A DNA stretch of 64,000 nucleotides from NCBI GenBank assembly GCA_016180945.1, contig JACPAG010000001.1, positions 19,900 through 83,899 on the forward strand. The letters run 5' to 3'. Source of the stretch: Candidatus Aenigmatarchaeota archaeon. GTDB taxonomy: Archaea; Aenigmatarchaeota; Aenigmatarchaeia; GW2011-AR5. Positions 10,294 to 18,130 of this stretch are shown here, in pieces; positions within the stretch are counted from its first letter, which is position 1, and each line of letters begins with the position of its first letter. A program made the position numbers and the translations under genes. The notes under the pieces are model-generated. The model was not told the DNA's origin and ran no database searches. It saw only the letters and a list, made by a program, of their open reading frames with translations.

Positions 10294-10398
10294 TAGCCCC
10301 CACCGGATTCGAACCGATGTCTCGACCTCCAGAGGGTCGCATCCTTGACCAATGCCTAAGATTTTGATGCGTTCAAAATCTTGCTAGACGAGGGGGCT
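10294..10398 (-). tRNA. tRNA-Gln (anticodon CUG) with a ~31-nt intron in the D-loop
   Basis: Reverse complement reads AGCCCCC-TC-GTCT-AG[CAAGATTTTGAACGCATCAAAATCTTAGGCA]TTGGTCAA-GGAT-G-CGACC-CTCTGGA-GGTCG-AGAC-ATCGG-TTCGAAT-CCGGT-GGGGGCT-A. All four stems pair once the 31 nt are removed. The insert itself forms a 10-bp hairpin. No encoded CCA. Confidence 0.85.
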
Positions 10399-10452
10399 GT
10401 ATTCCTTCCTTATTTATGTTAAGTATTTAATTAAATTTTGCAAAGAAAAAGT

Positions 10453-10701
10453 TTATTCCATGTCCTGCAGCATCCTGCTGCCCTTCTTGGTTATCACAAA
10501 GCAGGTGGAGCCGACGGGGTTTATGGTGCTCACGAGATTTTTTTCCATCAGACCTTTCGTCGCCGATTCAAGAATTGCGTTTATGTCCCTGCCGGAGCCG
10601 TTGTCGTTGAGGAACTTTTTCAGCTCGTGCTTCGTGATCAGGTTCATCTCGGATATCTTCTTCAATACCTTTGCTTCTGCGGGCGTCAGCATAAATACCA
10701 C
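10453..10701 (-). CDS. small winged-helix DNA-binding protein
   Basis: 82-aa ORF. LTPAEAKVLKKISEMNLITKHELKKFL ... CFVITKKGSRML has a wHTH-like layout. Confidence 0.55.
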   Translation of the reverse strand: MVFMLTPAEAKVLKKISEMNLITKHELKKFLNDNGSGRDINAILESATKGLMEKNLVSTINPVGSTCFVITKKGSRMLQDME

Positions 10702-10754
10702 TTTAACTTTTATTTACATTTGTATTATCCGCCGCCCGTATATATATGTTGCGG

Positions 10755-11288
10755 TCACTCCAGAACTAGGTCTTCTTTCACTTTTCTTGCTGCTGCTTTG
10801 CCGGCCAGGATTTCAGCCAGCTTAAGGGCGAATTCCATGGCCGTGCCGGGCGACTTTGCCGTTACGACGTTGCCGTCAACGACAACTTTCGCGTCCCTCG
10901 GTTTCGGAATCTGGTTTTCCATCCCGGGATATATGGCAGCTATTCTTGTTTCCAGCACGCCGGCTTTCGCCAGCACTGCGGGAGCCGCGCATATGGCTGC
11001 AACGACCTTTTTCTTCTTGTCAAAATCTTTTATCAAGCCGAGAACAGCCTGGCTGTTCGCAAGGTTCTTGTATCCAGGCCCGCCAGGCAGTATCAGCGCA
11101 TCGTAATCGTCAGCATTTATTTCAGCCAGTCTCTTGTCCGCCATCGTGCGGACTTTCCTCGAGCTTTCTACGACGCTTGATGAGAGGCTTGCAAGTGTTA
11201 CCTCAACGCCTGCCCGCCGCAACACATCTATGGTCGTGAATGCCTCTATCTCTTCAAACCCTTCTGCAAGAATAATTACAGCCCTCAT
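10755..11288 (-). CDS. DJ-1/PfpI family protein
   Basis: 177 aa. Nucleophile elbow VVAAICAAPAVLAKAG. ILPGGPG motif. Confidence 0.88.
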   Translation of the reverse strand: MRAVIILAEGFEEIEAFTTIDVLRRAGVEVTLASLSSSVVESSRKVRTMADKRLAEINADDYDALILPGGPGYKNLANSQAVLGLIKDFDKKKKVVAAICAAPAVLAKAGVLETRIAAIYPGMENQIPKPRDAKVVVDGNVVTAKSPGTAMEFALKLAEILAGKAAARKVKEDLVLE

Positions 11289-11456
11289 AAATCTCCTTTT
11301 TAATAGTTTATGATTATAGAGTGTGATAAATATTTATGCTCAAACAACAAAAGAATACAGATAATTAATTTTGTCGTTTGGCATACTGTAAACCAAATTA
11401 TATCCTGTATCTCATTATTTATTTGGTTTACAATATTTCAATAAAATGGTGATTCC

Positions 11457-11867
11457 ATGCCAATAATAGGATTTAATTTGAACTCGGTACACGCTGCAAT
11501 AAACGAGAAAAACGTCACGGCAGACAAAATTGACATAAACAGCACGCCGAGAATTGAAAACATAGAACGGGCCGAGCTGAACTTTGGTGGTATAAAGGAA
11601 GTCCTTTCTGTTGATTTTAGCTTCGAGATAAAATACGAGCCGTCTGTCGGCGAGATAAAGATGGGCGGCACGGTTCTTTACCAGACAGAAAATGCAAAGG
11701 ACGTACTTGCCAAATGGAAAAAGGACAAGCAGGTGGAAGGGGCTGTTGCCATGGACGTGCTGAATGCGGTATTCCGCAAATGCCTCACGAAGGCGCTGGA
11801 CCTTTCTCTTGAATTGAGGCTTCCGCCTCCTATACAGTTTCCTGTCGTGAAGCAGAAGGAAGAGTAA
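11457..11867 (+). CDS. conserved-looking hypothetical protein
   Basis: 136-aa ORF preceded by a GGTGAT SD 3 nt before the ATG. No family recognised. Confidence 0.6.
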   Translation: MPIIGFNLNSVHAAINEKNVTADKIDINSTPRIENIERAELNFGGIKEVLSVDFSFEIKYEPSVGEIKMGGTVLYQTENAKDVLAKWKKDKQVEGAVAMDVLNAVFRKCLTKALDLSLELRLPPPIQFPVVKQKEE

Positions 11868-12111
11868 GAAAATAATCTCGGGGATTTAACCAATAGGATA
11901 CAATGGTACATTCCGGGTAACAGGCCAACATATTCAAGGAAGGTTTGTATATAATTTGCAGATTCTCCAAGGACCTTCGATTGTAGAACAATTAAGCGGC
12001 TGTCTGAAAGGGAGCTATTAAGAGAAGCGAGAAAACATCCAAATTACAGAACAGAATTCCACGGTCATACGAGGAGAATAGAAAATGATGTGAGAAGGGG
12101 GCTCTTAAGAG

Positions 12112-12399
12112 CTAATCCAGTATAGTTCCCAGAATGTCGCGCGATATCTTGTTCTGCCTTTCTGTAAGCTTGGTTATGCTTTCGTTTATTGTTTTCATGT
12201 TTTCCTTTAGTTCATTGATTTCCCTGCGAAGCACTATCATATCAAGCTTCGCGTCGTCGATTTTGGTCTTGATATCATTTATAGAAGCCTTTTGCTCCTC
12301 AAATTTCTTGTTTAGAATATCGATAAACTCCCTCAGGAATTCCTCCAGTTCCATAGTCGACCGCTCTTCGCGCGAAAGCTCCTCGGTCTTGTGGTACAT
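12112..12399 (-). CDS. small coiled-coil protein
   Basis: 95 aa with heptad-like, charged sequence (ELEEFLREFIDILNKKFEEQKASINDIKTKIDD...). Confidence 0.5.
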   Translation of the reverse strand: MYHKTEELSREERSTMELEEFLREFIDILNKKFEEQKASINDIKTKIDDAKLDMIVLRREINELKENMKTINESITKLTERQNKISRDILGTILD

Positions 12400-12755
12400 G
12401 CCAATAGATACGTGAAAAAAGCTTTAATCTGCAAGGCGTTTCAGAGCAGTATATAATATAGGCATCTGGTTAAACCCTCACAACGCCGGGTGACAGCTCT
12501 ATATTTTAGAAAATATACTTTTTAATTATTATTTATTATCATATATTTCTTAAAAGGGGCCAAGCTGCAATTTAACTTTCATGAAATATATTTCCTGATT
12601 ACATTAACACATCAGATATGATTTATCATAGATTTTCTATATGGTGTTACAATACATATAGTTCATACAATAGAGATTATGCCTGCGAAGCCGCTTCAAC
12701 CCTAACATAAAAAATACAGGAAGCGTAAGCTGATTTGACAGGGTATTCTTAACAA

Positions 12756-13298
12756 TCAGGCGTTTTCTTCTGTCTCGTCGCTTTCTTCTTCGGCTCCGCC
12801 GTTTTCATCGGCCGCTTCGCTGCTCTTTTCGTCTTTTGCGTCGCGCGCCATCCCTAACATAAGAAGGTCGTCAAAATCCTTGGCTATGCGCCTGGTTTTG
12901 CGCATGAAGCTTTTCATGGAGCTTTCGACCTTGTCCATCAGCCTGTTGACCGTATTAGACGTGAGCAGATAGCCTTTCACGTAGTCGTTTCCGGCAGGAA
13001 TTTTAACAAATTCAACAAGTCCCAATGACCTCCATTTTCTCAATTCCTCGTATGTCTGGCTCTGCGAAACCTCCAGAATCTGGGAAATTTTTTCGATGGA
13101 AACCGGTACGTTGTCTTTTTTGTACCGTAGCAGCTCTAAAAGCAGTTTTGAGTGCTTCGCCCGGCTTTCCTTTCGCCTCAGGCCGAGACGCCTTACAAGA
13201 ACAGCCGACAGATCATCCACTGTCAGGTTTATTTTTGTGTCAGGCGGCGAAATCCTCTGGAAAACCATGTCGCTGAGTTTTTTCTTCATTCTCCCCAC
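12756..13298 (-). CDS. winged-helix regulator with acidic C-terminal tail
   Basis: 180 aa. VSIEKISQILEVSQSQTYEELRKWRSLGLVEFV HTH-like core. The tail is DEKSSEAADENGGAEEESDETEENA. Confidence 0.6.
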   Translation of the reverse strand: MGRMKKKLSDMVFQRISPPDTKINLTVDDLSAVLVRRLGLRRKESRAKHSKLLLELLRYKKDNVPVSIEKISQILEVSQSQTYEELRKWRSLGLVEFVKIPAGNDYVKGYLLTSNTVNRLMDKVESSMKSFMRKTRRIAKDFDDLLMLGMARDAKDEKSSEAADENGGAEEESDETEENA

Positions 13299-13362
13299 CT
13301 TTGCTTCGCAAAGTTGTCGAGTGCCATATTATTCATATCCAATTTACTGGTTATCCCTAACA

Positions 13363-13452
13363 TCACATCTTCCTTATATACCACCGGTTAAAACCGGTGG
13401 TTTGCAAGAAGATGGGATCCAGAAGACATTGTATTTCAATGTCTTCTTAGAT
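13363..13452 (-). repeat. nested stem-loop element, family S, minimal copy (candidate structured RNA)
   Basis: On the minus strand: AAGACATTG-aaata-CAATGTCTT, GGATCCCAT, then CATCTTC ... [CCACCGGT-TTTA-ACCGGTGG] TATATAAG GAAGATG. Same architecture as 53871-53986 and 63839-64000. Lies directly 3' of the dCMP deaminase gene. Confidence 0.6.
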
Positions 13453-13457
13453 AAAAA

Positions 13458-13904
13458 TTATTTCTTCAGCCTTGCCAATTCAACTTTTGCCTCTTTCAAT
13501 AATTTAGTTCCAAGGTCGTCGGGGTAGTCCGCCTCTGAAACGACTTTTTTGATGCCTGCATTGATAATCATTTTGGCGCATTGCACGCAGGACGTAAACG
13601 TCGTATACATGGTCGCACCTGCTGTATTCATACCGTGGCGGGCGGCTTGCACGATAGCGTTTTCTTCAGCATGACAGCACGCGCATTTGTCCAGTTCTTT
13701 GCCAGACGGCACGTCCGAAGCGCAGCGGCCGCATCCCCCTTCGTTGCAGTTTTTCGTGCCCGCAGGCGTGCCGTTGTAGCCGGTAGAAATTATCTGCTTT
13801 TCCTTAACAAGTATCGCGCCTACTTTCCGCCTGCTGCATGATGCGCGTTCTTTGACAGCATGCGCCACATTCATGAAATATCGGTCCCAGTCCGGCTTAG
13901 CCAT
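13458..13904 (-). CDS. dCMP (deoxycytidylate) deaminase
   Basis: 148 aa. Zinc motifs CCHAEENAI and TSCVQCAKMI. Confidence 0.88.
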   Translation of the reverse strand: MAKPDWDRYFMNVAHAVKERASCSRRKVGAILVKEKQIISTGYNGTPAGTKNCNEGGCGRCASDVPSGKELDKCACCHAEENAIVQAARHGMNTAGATMYTTFTSCVQCAKMIINAGIKKVVSEADYPDDLGTKLLKEAKVELARLKK

Positions 13905-13996
13905 GAGAACCCCCTGTTTTTATACTATTTGTAAGACAGAAGGGTAACCCAATAGGGAAAAAAGCTTGTTGTAAACGCATGTTTTTTGCCATATTT

Positions 13997-14203
13997 TTAC
14001 AACTCCCTATAAAGCTGATGGGACAAAGCGAGGGCAATGATTCCCAACGCAAGCGAAATCCATGGATTTTCAATAACAGGTGTGATGTCAGCCAGCGCCC
14101 AGATACCGCGCCAGAAAAGTATTACGCCGACTGCACCAATAATCAACAGCAGCGTATTTTTGTTCTTCTTGTAGCGGTTGGGATGCGATTTCGGCATATT
14201 CAT
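13997..14203 (-). CDS. small two-TM membrane protein
   Basis: Start MNMPKSHPNRYKK chosen inside the 97-aa ORF. Two hydrophobic helices (TLLLIIGAVGVILFW, WISLALGIIALAL). Confidence 0.4.
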   Translation of the reverse strand: MNMPKSHPNRYKKNKNTLLLIIGAVGVILFWRGIWALADITPVIENPWISLALGIIALALSHQLYREL

Positions 14204-14395
14204 AATTTGTCCATAGTAGAATATAAAACTATACTGTTTCTGCCATGTTTGGCACATAACCTTGCCCGGCGGCAACAGCCGCCTGTCCATAGAAATCCGT
14301 TTTGCTACGGGCAGAACATGAAATTACTGTCGCTGATTGGAATAAACAGCATTTTTAGTTAATGTATTAGAAAAAGGCCCAAAAACTTTCAGAAT

Positions 14396-14701
14396 TTAAG
14401 CGGAATGACCGTTATGACCATTTCTATCCCAATGATGTATTTTCAGTCTTTCCATTATATATTCTTCTGCTGTTTTACCTTGACTACCGTCTCCGTCCTC
14501 TGTGTACCGGTCTAGGGCCTTCATCGCAACCGCCCTGACAGCATCAGCTCCATGTTTTTGAATATAACTCGTTAAGTCGTAATGGGTTTCTGGCCCTTTC
14601 AATTCCACACCAAAATCAAACAGTTCGCGTTGGAGCATCGTTGCGGATAAGTCCGCCTTTGACTGCACTAATGAACTTTTAGGGTTTTTATATGCTGCCA
14701 T
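14396..14701 (-). CDS. hypothetical protein, gene 3 of a three-gene micro-operon
   Basis: ATG start (MAAYKNPK) 15 nt after the stop of gene 2. His-rich tail (HHWDRNGHNGHSA). Confidence 0.5.
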   Translation of the reverse strand: MAAYKNPKSSLVQSKADLSATMLQRELFDFGVELKGPETHYDLTSYIQKHGADAVRAVAMKALDRYTEDGDGSQGKTAEEYIMERLKIHHWDRNGHNGHSA

Positions 14702-14715
14702 TTGTACACCCGATT

Positions 14716-14958
14716 TCAAACCTGCAAAGGCATGTTTTCAATAGCTCTCCTGAAAAAGGTCTTGGCCCCGCCTGAAATATCTCCGCCCTCAGGAAATTCA
14801 ATCACGGGCTTGATAGGATAAGAAGTAAGCACGGCTGCAGCATCTTCTCTGCCTAAGTTTCTGTGAATTCCGTCTGGCGTATGGAGTGTAAAAGTAGAAT
14901 GCACGCCACCATAAACTTCAACTTTGGGTCTTCCGTTTCCATTGTACCCGGGAGCCAT
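14716..14958 (-). CDS. hypothetical protein, gene 2 of a three-gene micro-operon
   Basis: MAPGYNGNGRPKVEVYGG... begins 2 nt after the gene 1 stop (TAAGTATG). Confidence 0.5.
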   Translation of the reverse strand: MAPGYNGNGRPKVEVYGGVHSTFTLHTPDGIHRNLGREDAAAVLTSYPIKPVIEFPEGGDISGGAKTFFRRAIENMPLQV

Positions 14959-14960
14959 AC

Positions 14961-15218
14961 TTATCTCATCCCTGCGCACTGCATGAAGAATTTTCTTGTT
15001 TCAGTGTCTACACCCTCAAAGTGCAGCTTGGAGCCGCGGTAGCCGTTGTTCAAAAGTCTGGACACAAAACTTTTGGTGGCGACTTTTATCATTTCCAGTT
15101 TTCCGCCGTTCCTGGCTTCAAACGTGTAAATATCGTCAGAATTAGAGCCTGTTGAGTAGAAGCTTATCGAAACACTCTGCCCGAAACCGAACTGCTTTCT
15201 CATAGAGAACCCCAGCAA
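14961..15218 (-). CDS. hypothetical protein, gene 1 of a three-gene micro-operon
   Basis: 85-aa ORF. A TTTTTATAT box lies about 25 nt upstream of the ATG. Confidence 0.5.
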   Translation of the reverse strand: MLGFSMRKQFGFGQSVSISFYSTGSNSDDIYTFEARNGGKLEMIKVATKSFVSRLLNNGYRGSKLHFEGVDTETRKFFMQCAGMR

Positions 15219-15291
15219 TCGATATAAAAATTATTGCAGCGAGTTTATTTAAAGTTGTGGGATGCAGGTGGGAAATTTCCTTTTTTGAAAG

Positions 15292-15311
15292 TTTCTTACG
15301 TTAGAGATAAA
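15292..15311. promoter_or_regulatory. 20-mer TTTCTTACGTTAGAGATAAA, copy 1
   Basis: Identical 20-mer recurs at 15782-15801. A 2-mismatch copy is at 19557-19576. All three lie upstream of minus-strand gene starts. Confidence 0.5.
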
Positions 15312-15419
15312 GCCAGTTGGTGCCATTATATAGTATTTTAAAAATATATTATCTATACAATTTATCATGAAATGAATAATAAAAAATATTGTTTACATAA
15401 AATATGTGGACTCTCGCAA

Positions 15420-15770
15420 TTAGTACAACTGATTAAGTACATCAGCAAATCTCTTCCCTACGACTGCCGTTTCTCCCCACACAAGCGGCAGCCATAAAGG
15501 TATTCCCAGAAAAGAAGGATTTGCATAGCTCCAGATGCCTAATTGTATTGCATTTATCTCTGCTAACGATCCTCCAAAAAATGCCAGTACGAATAATGTA
15601 TTATCGCTCCTTGTATGCCAGTATTTTATATTAATTGCCCACAACAGCGCGAGTATCGAAACCACAAGAAGATTATTCCTCCATAAGTTATATGCAAGTG
15701 TTATCCCTATCAAATATACTATAGACATCCAGAAAACTTTCCTCTCAATGATAATTTTATTCTTGACCAT
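15420..15770 (-). CDS. integral membrane protein
   Basis: 116 aa with 3-4 hydrophobic helices. Confidence 0.6.
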   Translation of the reverse strand: MVKNKIIIERKVFWMSIVYLIGITLAYNLWRNNLLVVSILALLWAINIKYWHTRSDNTLFVLAFFGGSLAEINAIQLGIWSYANPSFLGIPLWLPLVWGETAVVGKRFADVLNQLY

Positions 15771-15781
15771 AAAGAACCATA

Positions 15782-15801
15782 TTTCTTACGTTAGAGATAA
15801 A
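15782..15801. promoter_or_regulatory. 20-mer TTTCTTACGTTAGAGATAAA, copy 2
   Basis: Exact repeat of 15292-15311, 12-31 nt upstream of the ATG at 15770 (minus strand). Confidence 0.5.
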
Positions 15802-15807
15802 TAGCCT

Positions 15808-16134
15808 TTATCTGACCGGGTCAAATCCGCCCTTAGAAAACGGATTGCAGCGAAGCAGCCGATGAAGCCCCAGTCCGATTCCTTTAACGGCCCCGTGCCT
15901 CTTAATCGCTGTTTTCGTGTATTGCGAGCACGTTGGCGTATACCTGCAGATGCGTTTGACGTTCAGTTTTTTCTTCATCGCCGGGTCTATGAACTGCTGG
16001 TAATATTCTATCTGGCGCAGCAGAAAATGCGATTCGGATTTAAATTTCCTGTCCTTAGAAAAAATATCAAGCATATTGCGGGACGACAGAACACCACCGC
16101 AGCAGCCTGTTGGATCACACTGTCCTTTTCTCAT
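15808..16134 (-). CDS. yidD: YidD-family membrane protein insertion efficiency factor
   Basis: ICRYTPTCSQYTKTAIKRHGAVKGIGLGLHRLLRCNPFSKGGFDPV matches the YidD/haemolytic-domain signature (PTCS.Y ... R..RC.P ... GG.DPV). Confidence 0.8.
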   Translation of the reverse strand: MRKGQCDPTGCCGGVLSSRNMLDIFSKDRKFKSESHFLLRQIEYYQQFIDPAMKKKLNVKRICRYTPTCSQYTKTAIKRHGAVKGIGLGLHRLLRCNPFSKGGFDPVR

Positions 16135-16138
16135 AATA

Positions 16139-16432
16139 TCATTTCTTCTTCGGCTTTAATTTCGAGAATTTTCTCAGCACCGCTTCAAAATCCGTTGCCA
16201 GTTCCATTCCGTCCTGCGTTAATTTGACGTACTTTATGCGCCCCTGCTTGTCGAATTCCACCAAGCCAAGGTCCATGAACATGCCGAGAAGCTTGACCGT
16301 ATGTGAGTAGGTGCAGTCCGTTTCCTTCGCAAGCACGGAAACGTATTTTGTACCGCCAATCTTTATGCATTCCAGCAGCCTGACAGGCTTTTTCCTGAGA
16401 AACAGCTCTTCCAGCTCCATTTTCGCCGACAT
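16139..16432 (-). CDS. ArsR/MarR-like winged-helix regulator
   Basis: 97 aa. VSVLAKETDCTYSHTVKLLGMFMDLGLVEFDKQGRIKYVKLT. Confidence 0.6.
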   Translation of the reverse strand: MSAKMELEELFLRKKPVRLLECIKIGGTKYVSVLAKETDCTYSHTVKLLGMFMDLGLVEFDKQGRIKYVKLTQDGMELATDFEAVLRKFSKLKPKKK

Positions 16433-16718
16433 TTTATCTATAATTTTATCGTTTTCCCCCTTTAAATATGTTTTAAAGTAGTGTTCCTATTAAATATTTT
16501 ATGTTAGATATATTCTGACTTATATAATCACCAAAATTAATTAATTTTGAAATATATAAAATAAAAGATGCTTTTCATAAGACTATTTAGAAAAAATATT
16601 TTCAACAATATAAATAACCCCCAAATGGATGTGAGGGCTCGACACCCCGTATTTATTTACCGAAGCGCTTTAAATGTGAGGGTTAAAGTAATAACATTAA
16701 CATATAGCATGATATAAA

Positions 16719-16836
16719 ATGGCTACGAGCAGGATTACTTTGAATCCCGCTGTACAGAAGGATTATTTCAATAATCCTTCTTGTATCGACTAGCCAAATT
16801 TTATAAGATGGTATAGACTCGCGAAGCGAGGGTATG
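16719..16836 (+). promoter_or_regulatory. histone leader: nested hairpins (16719-16795) followed by leader module B (16808-16836)
   Basis: ATGGCTACGA ... TCGACTAGCC is an outer stem enclosing GGATT-ACTTTG-AATCC and an 11-12-bp hairpin AGAAGGATTATT/AATAATCCTTCT. Then ATGGTATAGAC + CTCGC-GAA-GCGAG + GGT + ATG (histone start at 16834). Confidence 0.6.
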
Positions 16837-17061
16837 GAGGCTAGGGGATTGGGAGAGATAACGATAAACCCTGTAAGGAAGCTGTTTATGACGGCTGGCG
16901 CAAAACGCGTTTCTGACAAAGCAGCCATTGAACTGGCCAGAATAATAGAAGATAAAACCAGGCTGGTTGCTGTTGAGGCCGAGAAATTGTCAGCCCACGC
17001 CGGTCGCAAGACAGTCATGAAACGGGATATAAGGCTGGCAAAAAAAATACTGGAAGGTTGA
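16834..17061 (+). CDS. archaeal histone (HMf-type histone fold)
   Basis: 75 aa. ITINPVRKLFMTAGAKRVSDKAAIELARIIEDKTRLVAVEAEKLSAHAGRKTVMKRDIRLA aligns with the HMfB pattern. Confidence 0.9.
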   Translation: MEARGLGEITINPVRKLFMTAGAKRVSDKAAIELARIIEDKTRLVAVEAEKLSAHAGRKTVMKRDIRLAKKILEG

Positions 17062-17092
17062 CTTTAAACATTTTTCCTGTATAGTAGTTTTC

Positions 17093-18031
17093 ATGATAGA
17101 CGAACTGATTAAAAAAATATCTTCTTTTTCCGGTTTGGAAGAGCGCGATATCAGGAGCAAAATTATTGATAAACAGGCGGAATTATCCGGCATGATTTCA
17201 GAAGAAGGCGCCGCCTACATAGTTGCCAAAGAGCTTGGCGTGAGCCTGACAAGAAAGCAGGAAAGGCTCAAGATAGAAAACGTTGTTCCTGGCATGCAGA
17301 ATGCCGATGTGGTTGGAAAAATCATCAGGGCGTTTCCCGTGAAAGAGTTTTCAACCGAGAAGGCAAAGGGTCGCGTCAGGAATATAATTGTCGGCGACGA
17401 AACCGGCACTGCCCGCCTGAGTTTATGGAACGATGAAATAGAAAAATTTAATTTTAATGACGGCGACGTTGTTCGTATTCGCGGCTTCGTCCGCGAAAGC
17501 CTTGGCGGCCCTGAAATACGGCTTGGCCGTTACGGGCTGGTCCAGAAAAGCGACGAAAAAATAGTCGTGGCTGCCAGACAGGTCGATCGCATCAAATTGT
17601 CGGATTTGCGCGAAGGCTATTACAAGGAAGTCCGCGCGGTGCTTGTTCAAGTATTCGAATCTAGTCCCTTCTATGAAGTTTGCGCGCAGTGCGGTTCGCG
17701 CATTAAAGACGGCAAATGCGAAGAGCATGGAGATTCCAAAGACTATGGTCTTGTTGTCACAGGCATCATAGACGATTCCACCGATTCGATGCGGGCTGTA
17801 TTTTTTAACGAACACGCAGAAAAAATACTGAACCTGAAAAAAGACGAAGCTAAACGCTTGTTCGACTCAAAGAAAGATGTTTCGGCTGTGATGCAGAACG
17901 TTTCTTTGGGAACAGAATACGTCTTGGAAGGGAAAGCCAAGAAAAACGATTTTTTCGACCGCCTCGAATTCGTGGTGAATAACATTAAAAGCGTTGACGT
18001 GAAGAAAGAGATAGAAATACTCGTGGGTTAA
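17093..18031 (+). CDS. replication protein A-like ssDNA-binding protein (OB folds + zinc ribbon)
   Basis: 312 aa. OB-fold-like repeats. CAQCGSRIKDGKCEEHG zinc motif. Sits next to radA. Confidence 0.75.
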   Translation: MIDELIKKISSFSGLEERDIRSKIIDKQAELSGMISEEGAAYIVAKELGVSLTRKQERLKIENVVPGMQNADVVGKIIRAFPVKEFSTEKAKGRVRNIIVGDETGTARLSLWNDEIEKFNFNDGDVVRIRGFVRESLGGPEIRLGRYGLVQKSDEKIVVAARQVDRIKLSDLREGYYKEVRAVLVQVFESSPFYEVCAQCGSRIKDGKCEEHGDSKDYGLVVTGIIDDSTDSMRAVFFNEHAEKILNLKKDEAKRLFDSKKDVSAVMQNVSLGTEYVLEGKAKKNDFFDRLEFVVNNIKSVDVKKEIEILVG

Positions 18032-18048
18032 AAAATAAAATAAATAAT

Positions 18049-18130
18049 ATGGCACTCGACTACGACTGGAAGGAGCAAAAATTATAAAATGGCAATCGAC
18101 TTTTTGCATCAGCAAAAAGGGGATGATATG
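18049..18130 (+). promoter_or_regulatory. tandem leader modules A (18049-18088) and B (18089-18130) in front of radA
   Basis: A: ATGGCACTCGAC-TACGACTGGAAGGAGCAAAAATTATAAA. B: ATGGCAATCGAC + CTTTTTGC-ATCA-GCAAAAAG + GGGATGAT + ATG (radA start at 18128). Confidence 0.7.

Noticed and set aside
10438-11106. 222-aa plus-strand ORF and the overlapping 121/127-aa ORFs
   Set aside because: They are antisense to the well-supported DJ-1/PfpI and wHTH genes. Composition is low-complexity and Ala/Phe/Ser-rich. No start context.
18081-18090. TTATAAAA directly before ATGGC as the TATA box of the downstream gene
   Set aside because: It lies only about 4-10 nt from the ATGGC box and about 40 nt from the gene ATG, not the about -26 expected. 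At carA-carB and HMGCS-ORF junctions the module is intercistronic. A promoter role cannot be excluded without TSS data, but it is not supported.
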